Source: Acidobacteriota bacterium
Lineage (GTDB): Bacteria > Acidobacteriota > Terriglobia > Terriglobales > SCQP01
Length of the DNA: 64,000 bases
Direction of reading: 5' to 3'
Assembly (NCBI GenBank): GCA_027314025.1
Contig: DAHVCP010000026.1
Coordinates: 129,237-193,236 of the forward strand
This document shows positions 18,433-26,426 of the stretch, one piece after another. The first letter of the stretch is position 1. Each line of letters starts with the position of its first letter. The notes under the pieces were generated by a model, which saw only the letters and a program-made list of their open reading frames with translations, had not been told where the DNA came from and made no database searches. The translations under genes and the position numbers were made by a program.

Positions 18433-19683
18433 TTAAAATCCGCGCTTGGCGAACAGATACGGCAGCAGGAAAATCTCGACCAAGCCCGGCCATGGATCGC
18501 GGCGGGAAAAGACGGCTTCAGTGTTGGCCCGGCGCAGGGAGCGCCAATAGGCGCTCCAGCGCTGCCGGCCGGCCCAGGCATCCAGCAGGCCGACGGGCAG
18601 ATCGGTGGCCAGGCGCACCCAGCGGACGCCGGCGCGAGCGCGGCCCTGGGTGGTGGGCAGGCCGAGTTGATCGGCGAACAGCAGATAGGGAAAGTCCACG
18701 CCCGCCGCCGCTCCAAGGCTGTGATACCCCCACGTGCGGCCGTTCACGTCCAGCAATTTATAGCGGCCATCACGGGGATCCAGCTTGTACTCCATCTCCA
18801 CCAGGCCGTAGTAGCCGATGGCGCGCAGGAACCGCTCGGAGACTTCCTCCAGGTGCGGTGCTTCCACGGTTTCCACATAGGTGCTGGCGCGGCCGAACTC
18901 GGGGGGATGCTGGCGCAGGCGGCAGACGGTCATGCTGCCCAGCGCGCGGCCATCCTTGAACATGGCGCAGTAGGCGAATTGCTGGCGGCCGTCACCGGGA
19001 ATCAATTCCTGAATCATGACCTCTTCGGCGCCGACCTGCGCGGAGGCCCGGCGGAAGGCGTGGCGGAGTTCCTGGCGCGAGTTGGCGCGCCACGCCTTGA
19101 CCCGGGTGGCGTAAAAGAAATGCTCCTTGATGGCGGGCTTGACCACATATGGCGGGTCGGCGGTGACGGCTTCCAGGTCGTCCTCGCTCCGCACCAGCCA
19201 CGTGGCGGGGGCGGCGATATCGAGCTCGCGGGCGCGGGCGTAGGTGTTGCGCTTGTCCCAGATCCATTGGACCGCGTCCCACTCCGGCGTGGCCACCCGA
19301 AACCACGGCGCCAGTTCGGCGCGATGGCGGGACAGCGCCGCCACGGTTTCATCGCGGGTGGGAAACAAGACCCAACCGTCGAGGCCGCGGCGCCGGCCGA
19401 GTTCGAGGAGGCAGGCAATGGTGGCGGCTTCATCGCGCAAATTGGCGACATGGACGGCGCCCGAGGCGTAGCGGGAGTAGCGGGCGACGGAATGCTCATT
19501 GTCGAGGACCAGCACCGGCACGCCCCGGCGACCGAGGCTGCGGACAATGCCCAAACCCTGGTAATCGCCGCCGATCACCACCGCGCCGGTAACGCCCACC
19601 CCACCGGAGTTGGGTGAAGGCGCCGGCGCGGCGGCGGAGGGGCGGACCGGGGGTTCGGACACAGCGATCAGGCGCATTGCCAT
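18433..19683 (-). CDS. ATP-grasp carboxylate-amine ligase
   Basis: Motifs are PYVVKPAI, VMIQELIPG and GLVEMEYKLDPRDGRYKLLDVNGR (ATP-grasp Mg/ATP motifs). The 5' end overlaps the upstream gene by 16 nt. Confidence 0.7.
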   Translation of the reverse strand: MAMRLIAVSEPPVRPSAAAPAPSPNSGGVGVTGAVVIGGDYQGLGIVRSLGRRGVPVLVLDNEHSVARYSRYASGAVHVANLRDEAATIACLLELGRRRGLDGWVLFPTRDETVAALSRHRAELAPWFRVATPEWDAVQWIWDKRNTYARARELDIAAPATWLVRSEDDLEAVTADPPYVVKPAIKEHFFYATRVKAWRANSRQELRHAFRRASAQVGAEEVMIQELIPGDGRQQFAYCAMFKDGRALGSMTVCRLRQHPPEFGRASTYVETVEAPHLEEVSERFLRAIGYYGLVEMEYKLDPRDGRYKLLDVNGRTWGYHSLGAAAGVDFPYLLFADQLGLPTTQGRARAGVRWVRLATDLPVGLLDAWAGRQRWSAYWRSLRRANTEAVFSRRDPWPGLVEIFLLPYLFAKRGF

Positions 19684-20882
19684 TGGGGCGCCAGCCGGGC
19701 GCGGTAGCGAGGCGCGAAATACGCCAACAGCGCCGGTCCGGCGTACCGGGTTCCGGAGACAAACTGCATGATGGGGCCCACCGTGCGCGCGGCGGGGGCG
19801 CCGAGGATGTGCAGACCGGGAACCGAGGTTTCAAAACCCGGACCCAGCACCGGATAGCCCTGGACGCGGCGAATCCGGCTGACGAGCTCCGGGGCAAGAA
19901 ACGCGTAACGGGCGATGTCCACCTGGTAGCCGGTGCCGAGCAGCAGGTGATCCACCTGGCGATCGGTTCCGTCGCTGAGCCGCAGGGCGACGCGGCCGCC
20001 TTTCTCAGCGACCGAGGTTACCTCGTAGCCCAAGCGCAGGGGAACCTCGCGCAGGCGGTCCACCAGCCAGCGGGCGCCGGCGGGACGCACGGCGCGGCGC
20101 CAAAGGCGGTCGCGCAGGCCGCGCGGCAGGGTATTGAACAGGGCGGGGCGGGCCAGCAGTTGGCTGAGGCCGGCGGGGCCGACATCGGTGGGGGCATAGA
20201 GCAGCTTCGGCACCAGGGATCCCATTTGGTGATGAAACAGCTTGGAGGCGCGGCCTTGCAACCAGTGGATGACGCGGTCGCGGGCAATGACCTCGACTTG
20301 GGCGCCGGATTCATGCAGCAGCGCGGCCGATTCCAGCGCACTCTGGCCGCCGCCGACGATCAGCACGCTGCGGCCGGCGAAACGGCCCAAATCGGGATGC
20401 TCGGCGGTGTGCGAAACCAAATCGGGAGGGAGTTGGGTAAACCGCTCCGGGCGGCGCTCGAAGCCGCGAATGCCGGCGGCGACGATGACGCGCTCGGCTT
20501 CCGCCACTTCGCCGTCGGCGAGGCGGAGGCGGAAACCTTTCGGCGCGGCCTCGACGCTGGCAACCTGGCGCCGGTCCACGCTGGGTACGGCGCGGCGCTG
20601 GAACCACTCGCCATAGGCGATGAAGCGATCGAGCGGAACGGGAGAGGGCACCGCGCCCTCATCGGCGGCGAAAGCGTCTAGGCCCAAGCGCGCGGCTTGC
20701 GCGGCCGGCGCGGCGATATGCGTCGCGGGCCAATTGGAGCGCAGGAGCATGCCGCGCGGCATGCTGCGCCAAAACGACATGGGCTCGCCAAAAATGCGAA
20801 CCTGCAACCCGGGAATAGCGGCCAAATGGGCCGCCGTGGACAGGCCGTAAGGGCCAGCGCCAACAATGGCAATTTCGCTCAT
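19668..20882 (-). CDS. FAD/NAD(P)-binding oxidoreductase, class-B flavoprotein-monooxygenase-like
   Basis: There are two dinucleotide-binding motifs: IVGAGPYG at the N-terminus and LIVGGGQSA at mid-protein. Confidence 0.6.
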   Translation of the reverse strand: MSEIAIVGAGPYGLSTAAHLAAIPGLQVRIFGEPMSFWRSMPRGMLLRSNWPATHIAAPAAQAARLGLDAFAADEGAVPSPVPLDRFIAYGEWFQRRAVPSVDRRQVASVEAAPKGFRLRLADGEVAEAERVIVAAGIRGFERRPERFTQLPPDLVSHTAEHPDLGRFAGRSVLIVGGGQSALESAALLHESGAQVEVIARDRVIHWLQGRASKLFHHQMGSLVPKLLYAPTDVGPAGLSQLLARPALFNTLPRGLRDRLWRRAVRPAGARWLVDRLREVPLRLGYEVTSVAEKGGRVALRLSDGTDRQVDHLLLGTGYQVDIARYAFLAPELVSRIRRVQGYPVLGPGFETSVPGLHILGAPAARTVGPIMQFVSGTRYAGPALLAYFAPRYRARLAPQWQCA

Positions 20883-20993
20883 GGGAAAATCACCCGGACA
20901 GGCGATGTAGCTCCGCCCTGTCAGTTCAGGCGGCGGGATCCAACTGCGGCAACGGATCCTCCGGGGGCGCGCGCCGGAAGCGGAATAGGGCTT

Positions 20994-21008
20994 GCAAGTG
21001 GTTGACCA
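20994..21008 (-). promoter_or_regulatory. Candidate sigma-54 (-24/-12) promoter of the 16-kb modification/exosortase operon
   Basis: The minus strand reads TGGTCA-ACCAC-TTGCAA. It lies about 110 nt upstream of the ATG at 20882, in an 818-nt non-coding gap. Confidence 0.6.
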
Positions 21009-21103
21009 ACGGGATAGTTGCGGCGAACTCTTTGAAAATGCTTATCCTTTGGGCCGGGCCGTTGGGCCTGGGGGTGATGCGAGGTAACACCCGTGCTGTA
21101 GCG

Positions 21104-21119
21104 GGGAAAATGATTTCCC
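21104..21119. promoter_or_regulatory. Perfect inverted repeat GGGAAA-ATGA-TTTCCC about 100 nt upstream of the 20994-21008 promoter; possible activator/UAS site
   Basis: Seen directly in the sequence. The position relative to the -24 element is typical for enhancer sites. No shared motif with the other promoters was found. Confidence 0.25.
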
Positions 21120-21700
21120 TTTACGGCATCGCGTAGACAAAAAATGGCAACGGCGCGGCGGTCACATTAAGCCGCTGGGCGTGGCGGAAGCGGAGAGCAC
21201 AGGGGCCCGGGGACGGGGGGAACTTGGGAAGTACATGTAACATGTCCGATCCCTTGTTTTCAGTGGCTTGCAGACAAAAATGTTACGTTTTCGCATTCCG
21301 TGACACCGGGGTGGACCCGCAATCAACCGCTGCATAGCCGCGGGGTGACGCGCGGTGGATCAATGGAGCCGGCGTCTGCTGTGAGCGGCGGCTGTAGTGG
21401 TGGCGGTGCCGTGGTGGAAGCTTTTGGCATGCAGAAACGGCGTTCGGGGCCGTCGCCCCTAGCGGTCGTGCCCTGGATCTCGCCCCCGGGGCTAGCCGTA
21501 GGCGGGCGAAACGGCGCGGAGCATGCGTGGCCGGTTGGGCATCGTCGGTTAGGCATGGCCGGATGGGGCGCGCGGCGTAGCCGTGCTGGGGCAATAATTA
21601 GCGGCATAACGCGGGCGGGGCTGGGGGCATCGCGGGCGGTGGCAAGAGCCCAGACCGAGCTAATCACAGACAAGCGGGCGCAGGCGGGCGCGGGCCGGGG

Positions 21701-23074
21701 CTAACGGTCAATGCGTTCGTGGGCGGAATGGGAACCAGAGGCATTGCCGGACCCGACGCCAACCCCGACCGCCACGGCATAGGCCTGCGAGGCCGGGCGG
21801 CTGGAACGCCCGGTAAAGGCGCGATCGTAGGCGGCGAGCAGGTGCGGCACGGAATATTTCCACGCCAGGCTATCGTCGAGGCGGCGGCGGCCAATTGCGC
21901 CCATGCGCAGCCGCTCCTCGGGATGGTCGAGCAGCCATGCGATCTGGTCGGCGAAATCCTCGACGCCGCGGGCGGGGTCGGCATAGAGCGAGGCCTCGCC
22001 GGCGCTGACGCGGCCCTCGGTGGACTGAAATTGCACGATCGGCTTGCCCAGCGCCATATACTCCATGATCTTGATCATGGTCGAAATGTCGTTCATGCGG
22101 CAGGGCTTGTCGGGATTGGCGCAGATGTCGGCGGTGGACAGAACTTCCAGCATTTCGCGGTCGGGCAGGCGGCCTGCGAAGGTGACCAAATCGCCCAGGC
22201 CGGCGGCGGCTACCGTGGCCTTGAGCGCGGGCAGCGTGCGGCCGCCGCCGACCAAGGTGAAGTGCGTGTCCAGGCGGCCCCGAGCCTTGAACCGGGCGGC
22301 GACTTGCAGCAGCAGATCGAGGCCATCCTGCTCGCCCATGGAGCCGACATAGCCAACCATGAAGCGTTTGCCGAAGCGCCAGGCGGGGTTTTCGGGAACG
22401 GGAAAGACGCGGCGGGGGTCGGGGGCGTTGCGGACGACGAAGACCTGGTCCGGCGCGCGATGGCCGCGCGTGATCGCCAGTTGGCGGTAACTCTCATTGG
22501 TGGCCATGACCACGTCGCTGAGGCGGTAGGTGAGCCGCTCCAGGGCCACTTGGATGCGATAGGCGAAGCCGCGTTTGTTGTATTTGGCTTCGTACAGCTC
22601 CGGGGCGGCATCGTGGTGGTCGAAGATGTAGCGGACGCCGAATAGCTTGAAGGGCGCGGCGACCAGGCAGATGGTGTCGGGTGGGTTGCAGCCCTGAATG
22701 GCGCGGAAGCCGTGGCGGAGGAAGATCCAACCGGCGAGCGCGAGCTCGAGCGCCAGGGCGACGAGGTACTCCAGCATGTAGCCGCCACGGCCGCTATCGG
22801 CGGAAGGAGTCCAGTGATGGTAGACGCGAACACCCTCAGGCACGCAAACCCGCGGCGCGCGGGAATCGCGCGGGCAGATCACCGTGACCTGATAACCGGC
22901 GGCGGCGAGGGCGGCGACCTCGTTTTGCACGCGGGGGTCCAGTTCGAAGGCGGCGTTCTCGACGATGAGCAGAACCTTGCGCCGAGGGGCAGGCTTCGCC
23001 GGATGCGCGCGCGGCAGCACCGCTGCGGGGGCGCCGGCCTGGGGGTTACCAGCAGAAGCCGTCGTATTGGCCAT
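21701..23074 (-). CDS. GT4 (group 1) glycosyltransferase
   Basis: A C-terminal GT-B signature (GRLPDREMLEVLSTADICANP...MIKIMEYMALGKPIV, EX7E-like). The start was set at MANTTAS (23074) and overlaps the upstream stop by 29 nt; it is uncertain. Confidence 0.75.
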   Translation of the reverse strand: MANTTASAGNPQAGAPAAVLPRAHPAKPAPRRKVLLIVENAAFELDPRVQNEVAALAAAGYQVTVICPRDSRAPRVCVPEGVRVYHHWTPSADSGRGGYMLEYLVALALELALAGWIFLRHGFRAIQGCNPPDTICLVAAPFKLFGVRYIFDHHDAAPELYEAKYNKRGFAYRIQVALERLTYRLSDVVMATNESYRQLAITRGHRAPDQVFVVRNAPDPRRVFPVPENPAWRFGKRFMVGYVGSMGEQDGLDLLLQVAARFKARGRLDTHFTLVGGGRTLPALKATVAAAGLGDLVTFAGRLPDREMLEVLSTADICANPDKPCRMNDISTMIKIMEYMALGKPIVQFQSTEGRVSAGEASLYADPARGVEDFADQIAWLLDHPEERLRMGAIGRRRLDDSLAWKYSVPHLLAAYDRAFTGRSSRPASQAYAVAVGVGVGSGNASGSHSAHERIDR

Positions 23075-24359
23075 TGAGGCTGCCTCGGTCGGCGATGCGA
23101 ACGAAATCGAGCAAACGCTGGCCCGGCCGTAGCCGGCCGGGAACGCGCTCAAAGTCGGGGTCGCGGTTGGCGATGACCACGGTTTCGGCGTGGCCGAGAA
23201 CTTCGTCCACGCTCGCGACCATCAGCTTGGAAATGTGGGGAATGCGGTTGAGGATGAAATCGCGATTGGCGCCGACCAGGCTGGCCAGGCGCACGTTGCG
23301 GTCGTAGAGGCGGAGGTCAAAACCCTTGCCGAGCAGGCGCTCGATGACCTCGATCACGGGGCTTTCGCGCAGATCGTCGGTGCCGCCCTTGAAGCTGAAT
23401 CCCAGAATGCCGACCTTGCGATTGCCCTGGTCGGCGATCATGCGCACGCCGCGGGCCACCTGGAGTTCGTTGCTGGGGAGGATGGAACCCAGGATGGGCA
23501 GTTCCAGATCGCGGCTCTTGGCGGCGTAGGACAAGGCGCGCAGATCCTTGGGCAGGCAGGAACCGCCGAAGGCGAAACCGGGCTGGAGGTAGGCGGGGGA
23601 GATGTTTAGCTTGCGGTCCTGGCAAAAAATGTCCATCACGCGGTGGGAGTCGAGCTCCAGGCGCTTGCAGAGGACGCCGATTTCGTTGGCGAAGCCGACC
23701 TTGAGCGCATGCCAGACATTATCCACGTATTTGATCATCTCCGCCGTGGCTAGGTCGGTGCGAATCAGCGGGCCGGGCAGGCGGGCGTAGATCTCGGCCA
23801 CCATATCCCCGCTGGCGGCGTCGAGGGCGCCGATGACGGTCTTGGGGGGATGGTGGAAGTCGTGGACGGCGGTGCCCTCGCGCAGGAACTCGGGATTATT
23901 GGCCACGCCGAAGTCCGCGCCGGCGCGCTTGCCGGAGAACTCCTCGAGCATGGGGACGACGATCTCCCGCATGGTGCCGGGCAGGACGGTGCTGCGGATG
24001 ACCACGGTATGGCGGGCGGATTTGGCTTTGAGGGCGGCGCCGATCTCCTCGCAGGCATGGCGGACGTAGCGCAGGTCGAGGTTGCCGTTGGGCTGGCTGG
24101 GGGTGCCGACGCAGACCAGGGACAGATCGGTGGCAGCGATGGCGGCGCCGGCGTCGGCAGTGGCGCGGAGGCGGCCGGCGGCGGCGGCGGTGGAGAGGAT
24201 GGGACCGATCTCCGCCTCGATAATCGGGGACTGGCCGCGGTTGATGAGGTCCACCTTGGTGGCGACGGGATCCACGCCGACGACTTCATGGCCGTCATGG
24301 GCCAAGCAGCCGGCGGAAACGACGCCGACATAGCCGAGGCCGAGGATGCTGATCTTCAT
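23046..24359 (-). CDS. algD: GDP-mannose 6-dehydrogenase-like nucleotide-sugar dehydrogenase
   Basis: [34 protein letters not shown] and GFAFGGSCLPKD. By eye it is close to Pseudomonas AlgD along its whole length. Its ATG overlaps the aspartate kinase stop (ATGA at 24356-24359). Confidence 0.7.
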   Translation of the reverse strand: MKISILGLGYVGVVSAGCLAHDGHEVVGVDPVATKVDLINRGQSPIIEAEIGPILSTAAAAGRLRATADAGAAIAATDLSLVCVGTPSQPNGNLDLRYVRHACEEIGAALKAKSARHTVVIRSTVLPGTMREIVVPMLEEFSGKRAGADFGVANNPEFLREGTAVHDFHHPPKTVIGALDAASGDMVAEIYARLPGPLIRTDLATAEMIKYVDNVWHALKVGFANEIGVLCKRLELDSHRVMDIFCQDRKLNISPAYLQPGFAFGGSCLPKDLRALSYAAKSRDLELPILGSILPSNELQVARGVRMIADQGNRKVGILGFSFKGGTDDLRESPVIEVIERLLGKGFDLRLYDRNVRLASLVGANRDFILNRIPHISKLMVASVDEVLGHAETVVIANRDPDFERVPGRLRPGQRLLDFVRIADRGSLNGQYDGFCW

Positions 24360-25927
24360 GCTTCTCTCCAATTGTCTCCCGCCAGGGTCTCGGCAGGAAT
24401 CCGGGGGTGAGCCGCCGCGTCGCCGCCGGCAGCGGCGGCGGCCGGCGCGGCCCGGGCGTCCCGCGGGAGCGAGGGCGGCGGCAGCAAGCGGCGATGCAAG
24501 GCGGCCAGGGCGCCGGGCAGGTCCGATTGCTGCACGGCAATGCCGATGACGCGCGGTTCGGCGGAGACGCCGGAGGCGAGGTAGGCGACGCCGGCATCGC
24601 GCAGGGCGGCGATGGCGCGGGCATGAATGTCCTCGACGGCGGGACCGCCGACCCCCGCGACCAACGCCACGCCGGGGACCAGGCGCAAGCGCGGATCGCC
24701 GGGCGGCAGGCGCAGCGCCCAGCGCCAAACGGCGAGAACCGCCGCGGCCTGCGCATCGGGCACGGCGATTTGGAGGATGCCCTCCCGCGGGAGGAAGCGA
24801 AAGGCGACGGCGTCATTGGCCAGGGCGGGCCAGGCCCGCGCCTGGAGCCGAGCGCGTGCGTCGCCGGTGGGATCGCGATAGGCCACGATGGCAAGATTGG
24901 AACGCGCGGCCAGGGCGAATGGGCCCGCCACCGCACCGGGGCGGGGCGATGCGGTCGCGGCGGCGGCGACTTGGGTGCCCGGGCGCTCGGGGCGAAAGGT
25001 GTTGCGAATCGAGAGCGGGATGCCGGCGGCGCGGGCGGGCTCCAGGCAGTTCGGGTGCAGGACCTTGGCTCCGGCCCGGGCCAGGAGGGCGGCGTCCTGA
25101 TAGGACAACGCGGGGAGGACCTGGGCGGCGGGAACCAGGCGGGGATCGGCGTCGTGGACGCCATCCACATCGGTCCAGATGACGGCTTCGCGGGCGTGCA
25201 TGCAGGCGGCGATGAGGGTGGCGGAATAATCCGATCCGCCGCGGCCCAAGGTGGCGGGGGCGGCGTCGTGGCGGCGGCAGATGAAGCCGGTGACCACGGG
25301 CAAGACGCCGCGTTGGAGCAGGGGGCGGAGGCGGGCGCGGCAACGGGCGGTGGAATGCGCCATGTCGGGCTCGCCCGCGGGGTTCAGGCTGATGAGTTCG
25401 GTGGCGGCGATGGCCTGGCTCCGGCGGCCGGAGGCGGCCAGTGCGGAGGCCAGCAATGGGGCGGCGAGGCGCTCGCCGAGGCCCGTGATTTCGTCGGACG
25501 CTCCCGGGGAGGAACGGGAACCGGCGAGATCGCGGCAGAGCGCCTCGGCTTCCGCCACCAGGGCGGCGGCGTGGGCGGCGTAGGCGCGATGGACGGGCGG
25601 GGGCAACAGCTCGGCGGCGACGGCGTCATGCCGGGCGCGCAACGCCTGCAGAATCTTCACGGCTGACCTGGTTTGGCCGCGGGCGGCGTCGGCGGCGCAG
25701 GCCACCAGCTGGTCGGTGGCGCCGGCGAGGGCGGAAACCACCACGATCAGTGGGGCGGGGTCATCCGTGCCGGTGACGATGGCGACCACGTGGCGGAGAC
25801 AGGCGGCGTCGGCGACCGATGTGCCACCGAACTTCATGACGACGGGGCTGGCGGTGAGGCGAGGAAGGGCAAAGGACCGCCGGGACAGGGGTACCTTTTC
25901 GCCCGAATTGTTCCCGTTCTGCTGCAT
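24356..25927 (-). CDS. Aspartate kinase with C-terminal ACT-like region
   Basis: Motifs are KFGGTSV, TLGRGGSDYSA, IWTDVDGV and AKVLHP. The start is uncertain: ATG 25927 (MQQNGNN) or ATG 25837 (MKFGGTSV). Confidence 0.8.
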   Translation of the reverse strand: MQQNGNNSGEKVPLSRRSFALPRLTASPVVMKFGGTSVADAACLRHVVAIVTGTDDPAPLIVVVSALAGATDQLVACAADAARGQTRSAVKILQALRARHDAVAAELLPPPVHRAYAAHAAALVAEAEALCRDLAGSRSSPGASDEITGLGERLAAPLLASALAASGRRSQAIAATELISLNPAGEPDMAHSTARCRARLRPLLQRGVLPVVTGFICRRHDAAPATLGRGGSDYSATLIAACMHAREAVIWTDVDGVHDADPRLVPAAQVLPALSYQDAALLARAGAKVLHPNCLEPARAAGIPLSIRNTFRPERPGTQVAAAATASPRPGAVAGPFALAARSNLAIVAYRDPTGDARARLQARAWPALANDAVAFRFLPREGILQIAVPDAQAAAVLAVWRWALRLPPGDPRLRLVPGVALVAGVGGPAVEDIHARAIAALRDAGVAYLASGVSAEPRVIGIAVQQSDLPGALAALHRRLLPPPSLPRDARAAPAAAAAGGDAAAHPRIPAETLAGDNWREA

Positions 25928-25944
25928 GTGCCGCGGCCGCGAAA

Positions 25945-25959
25945 GCAAAGCGCCCCCCA
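25945..25959 (-). promoter_or_regulatory. Weak sigma-54 promoter candidate upstream of the aspartate kinase gene
   Basis: The minus strand reads TGGGGG-GCGCT-TTGCT with correct spacing. It is only compatible with the downstream start (25837), because it sits about 18 nt from the ATG at 25927. Confidence 0.3.
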
Positions 25960-26121
25960 TGGTTCGCCCCTTGGCGCGGCCAAGGGGTGGCATGGGCAAG
26001 CGATTTCTAATCTTGGGCTTTGGGAAGCACATCAAGGGCCAAATGGCCAGGTCTTGGCCGGGGCGGCGCGCGGGCGGGGCCTGGGGGGCGGACCGGGCCC
26101 CGGTCCCGCCCACGCGCCCAG

Positions 26122-26140
26122 CGGGGCTGGGGCCCGCGCC
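26122..26140 (+). repeat. REP-like GC-rich repeat, partial copy A
   Basis: CGGGGCTGGGGCCCGCGCC, identical to the 3' 19 nt of copies B and C. Confidence 0.6.
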
Positions 26141-26156
26141 AGGGAAAAGCCGGACG

Positions 26157-26187
26157 CCCCGCCGCAGGCGGGGCTGGGGCCCGCGCC
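26157..26187 (+). repeat. REP-like GC-rich palindromic repeat, copy B
   Basis: CCCCGCC-GCAG-GCGGGG-CTGGGGCCCGCGCC (31 nt), a hairpin plus tail. It is identical to copy C. Confidence 0.65.
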
Positions 26188-26363
26188 AGGAAATTTTCAG
26201 GCTCGGCTACCGATGGGCGGCGGTGCGGCGCGGCGAGGTGCTGCAAGGTTTTGCAGACAGCGGGAAGGCATTGGGCCACCCAACGGGGGCGGGAAAGCCG
26301 GGGGCCGCAGGCCCAGCCCGGCGCGTAAGCGGCGCTCCGCGCCGCGCCAATTAAAGCGGGACA

Positions 26364-26394
26364 CCCCGCCGCAGGCGGGGCTGGGGCCCGCGCC
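26364..26394 (+). repeat. REP-like GC-rich palindromic repeat, copy C
   Basis: A 31/31 match to copy B, located 207 nt away in the same intergenic region. Confidence 0.65.
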
Positions 26395-26426
26395 CATCAG
26401 TGAATCCAGGGCCATTGCCGCATGGT

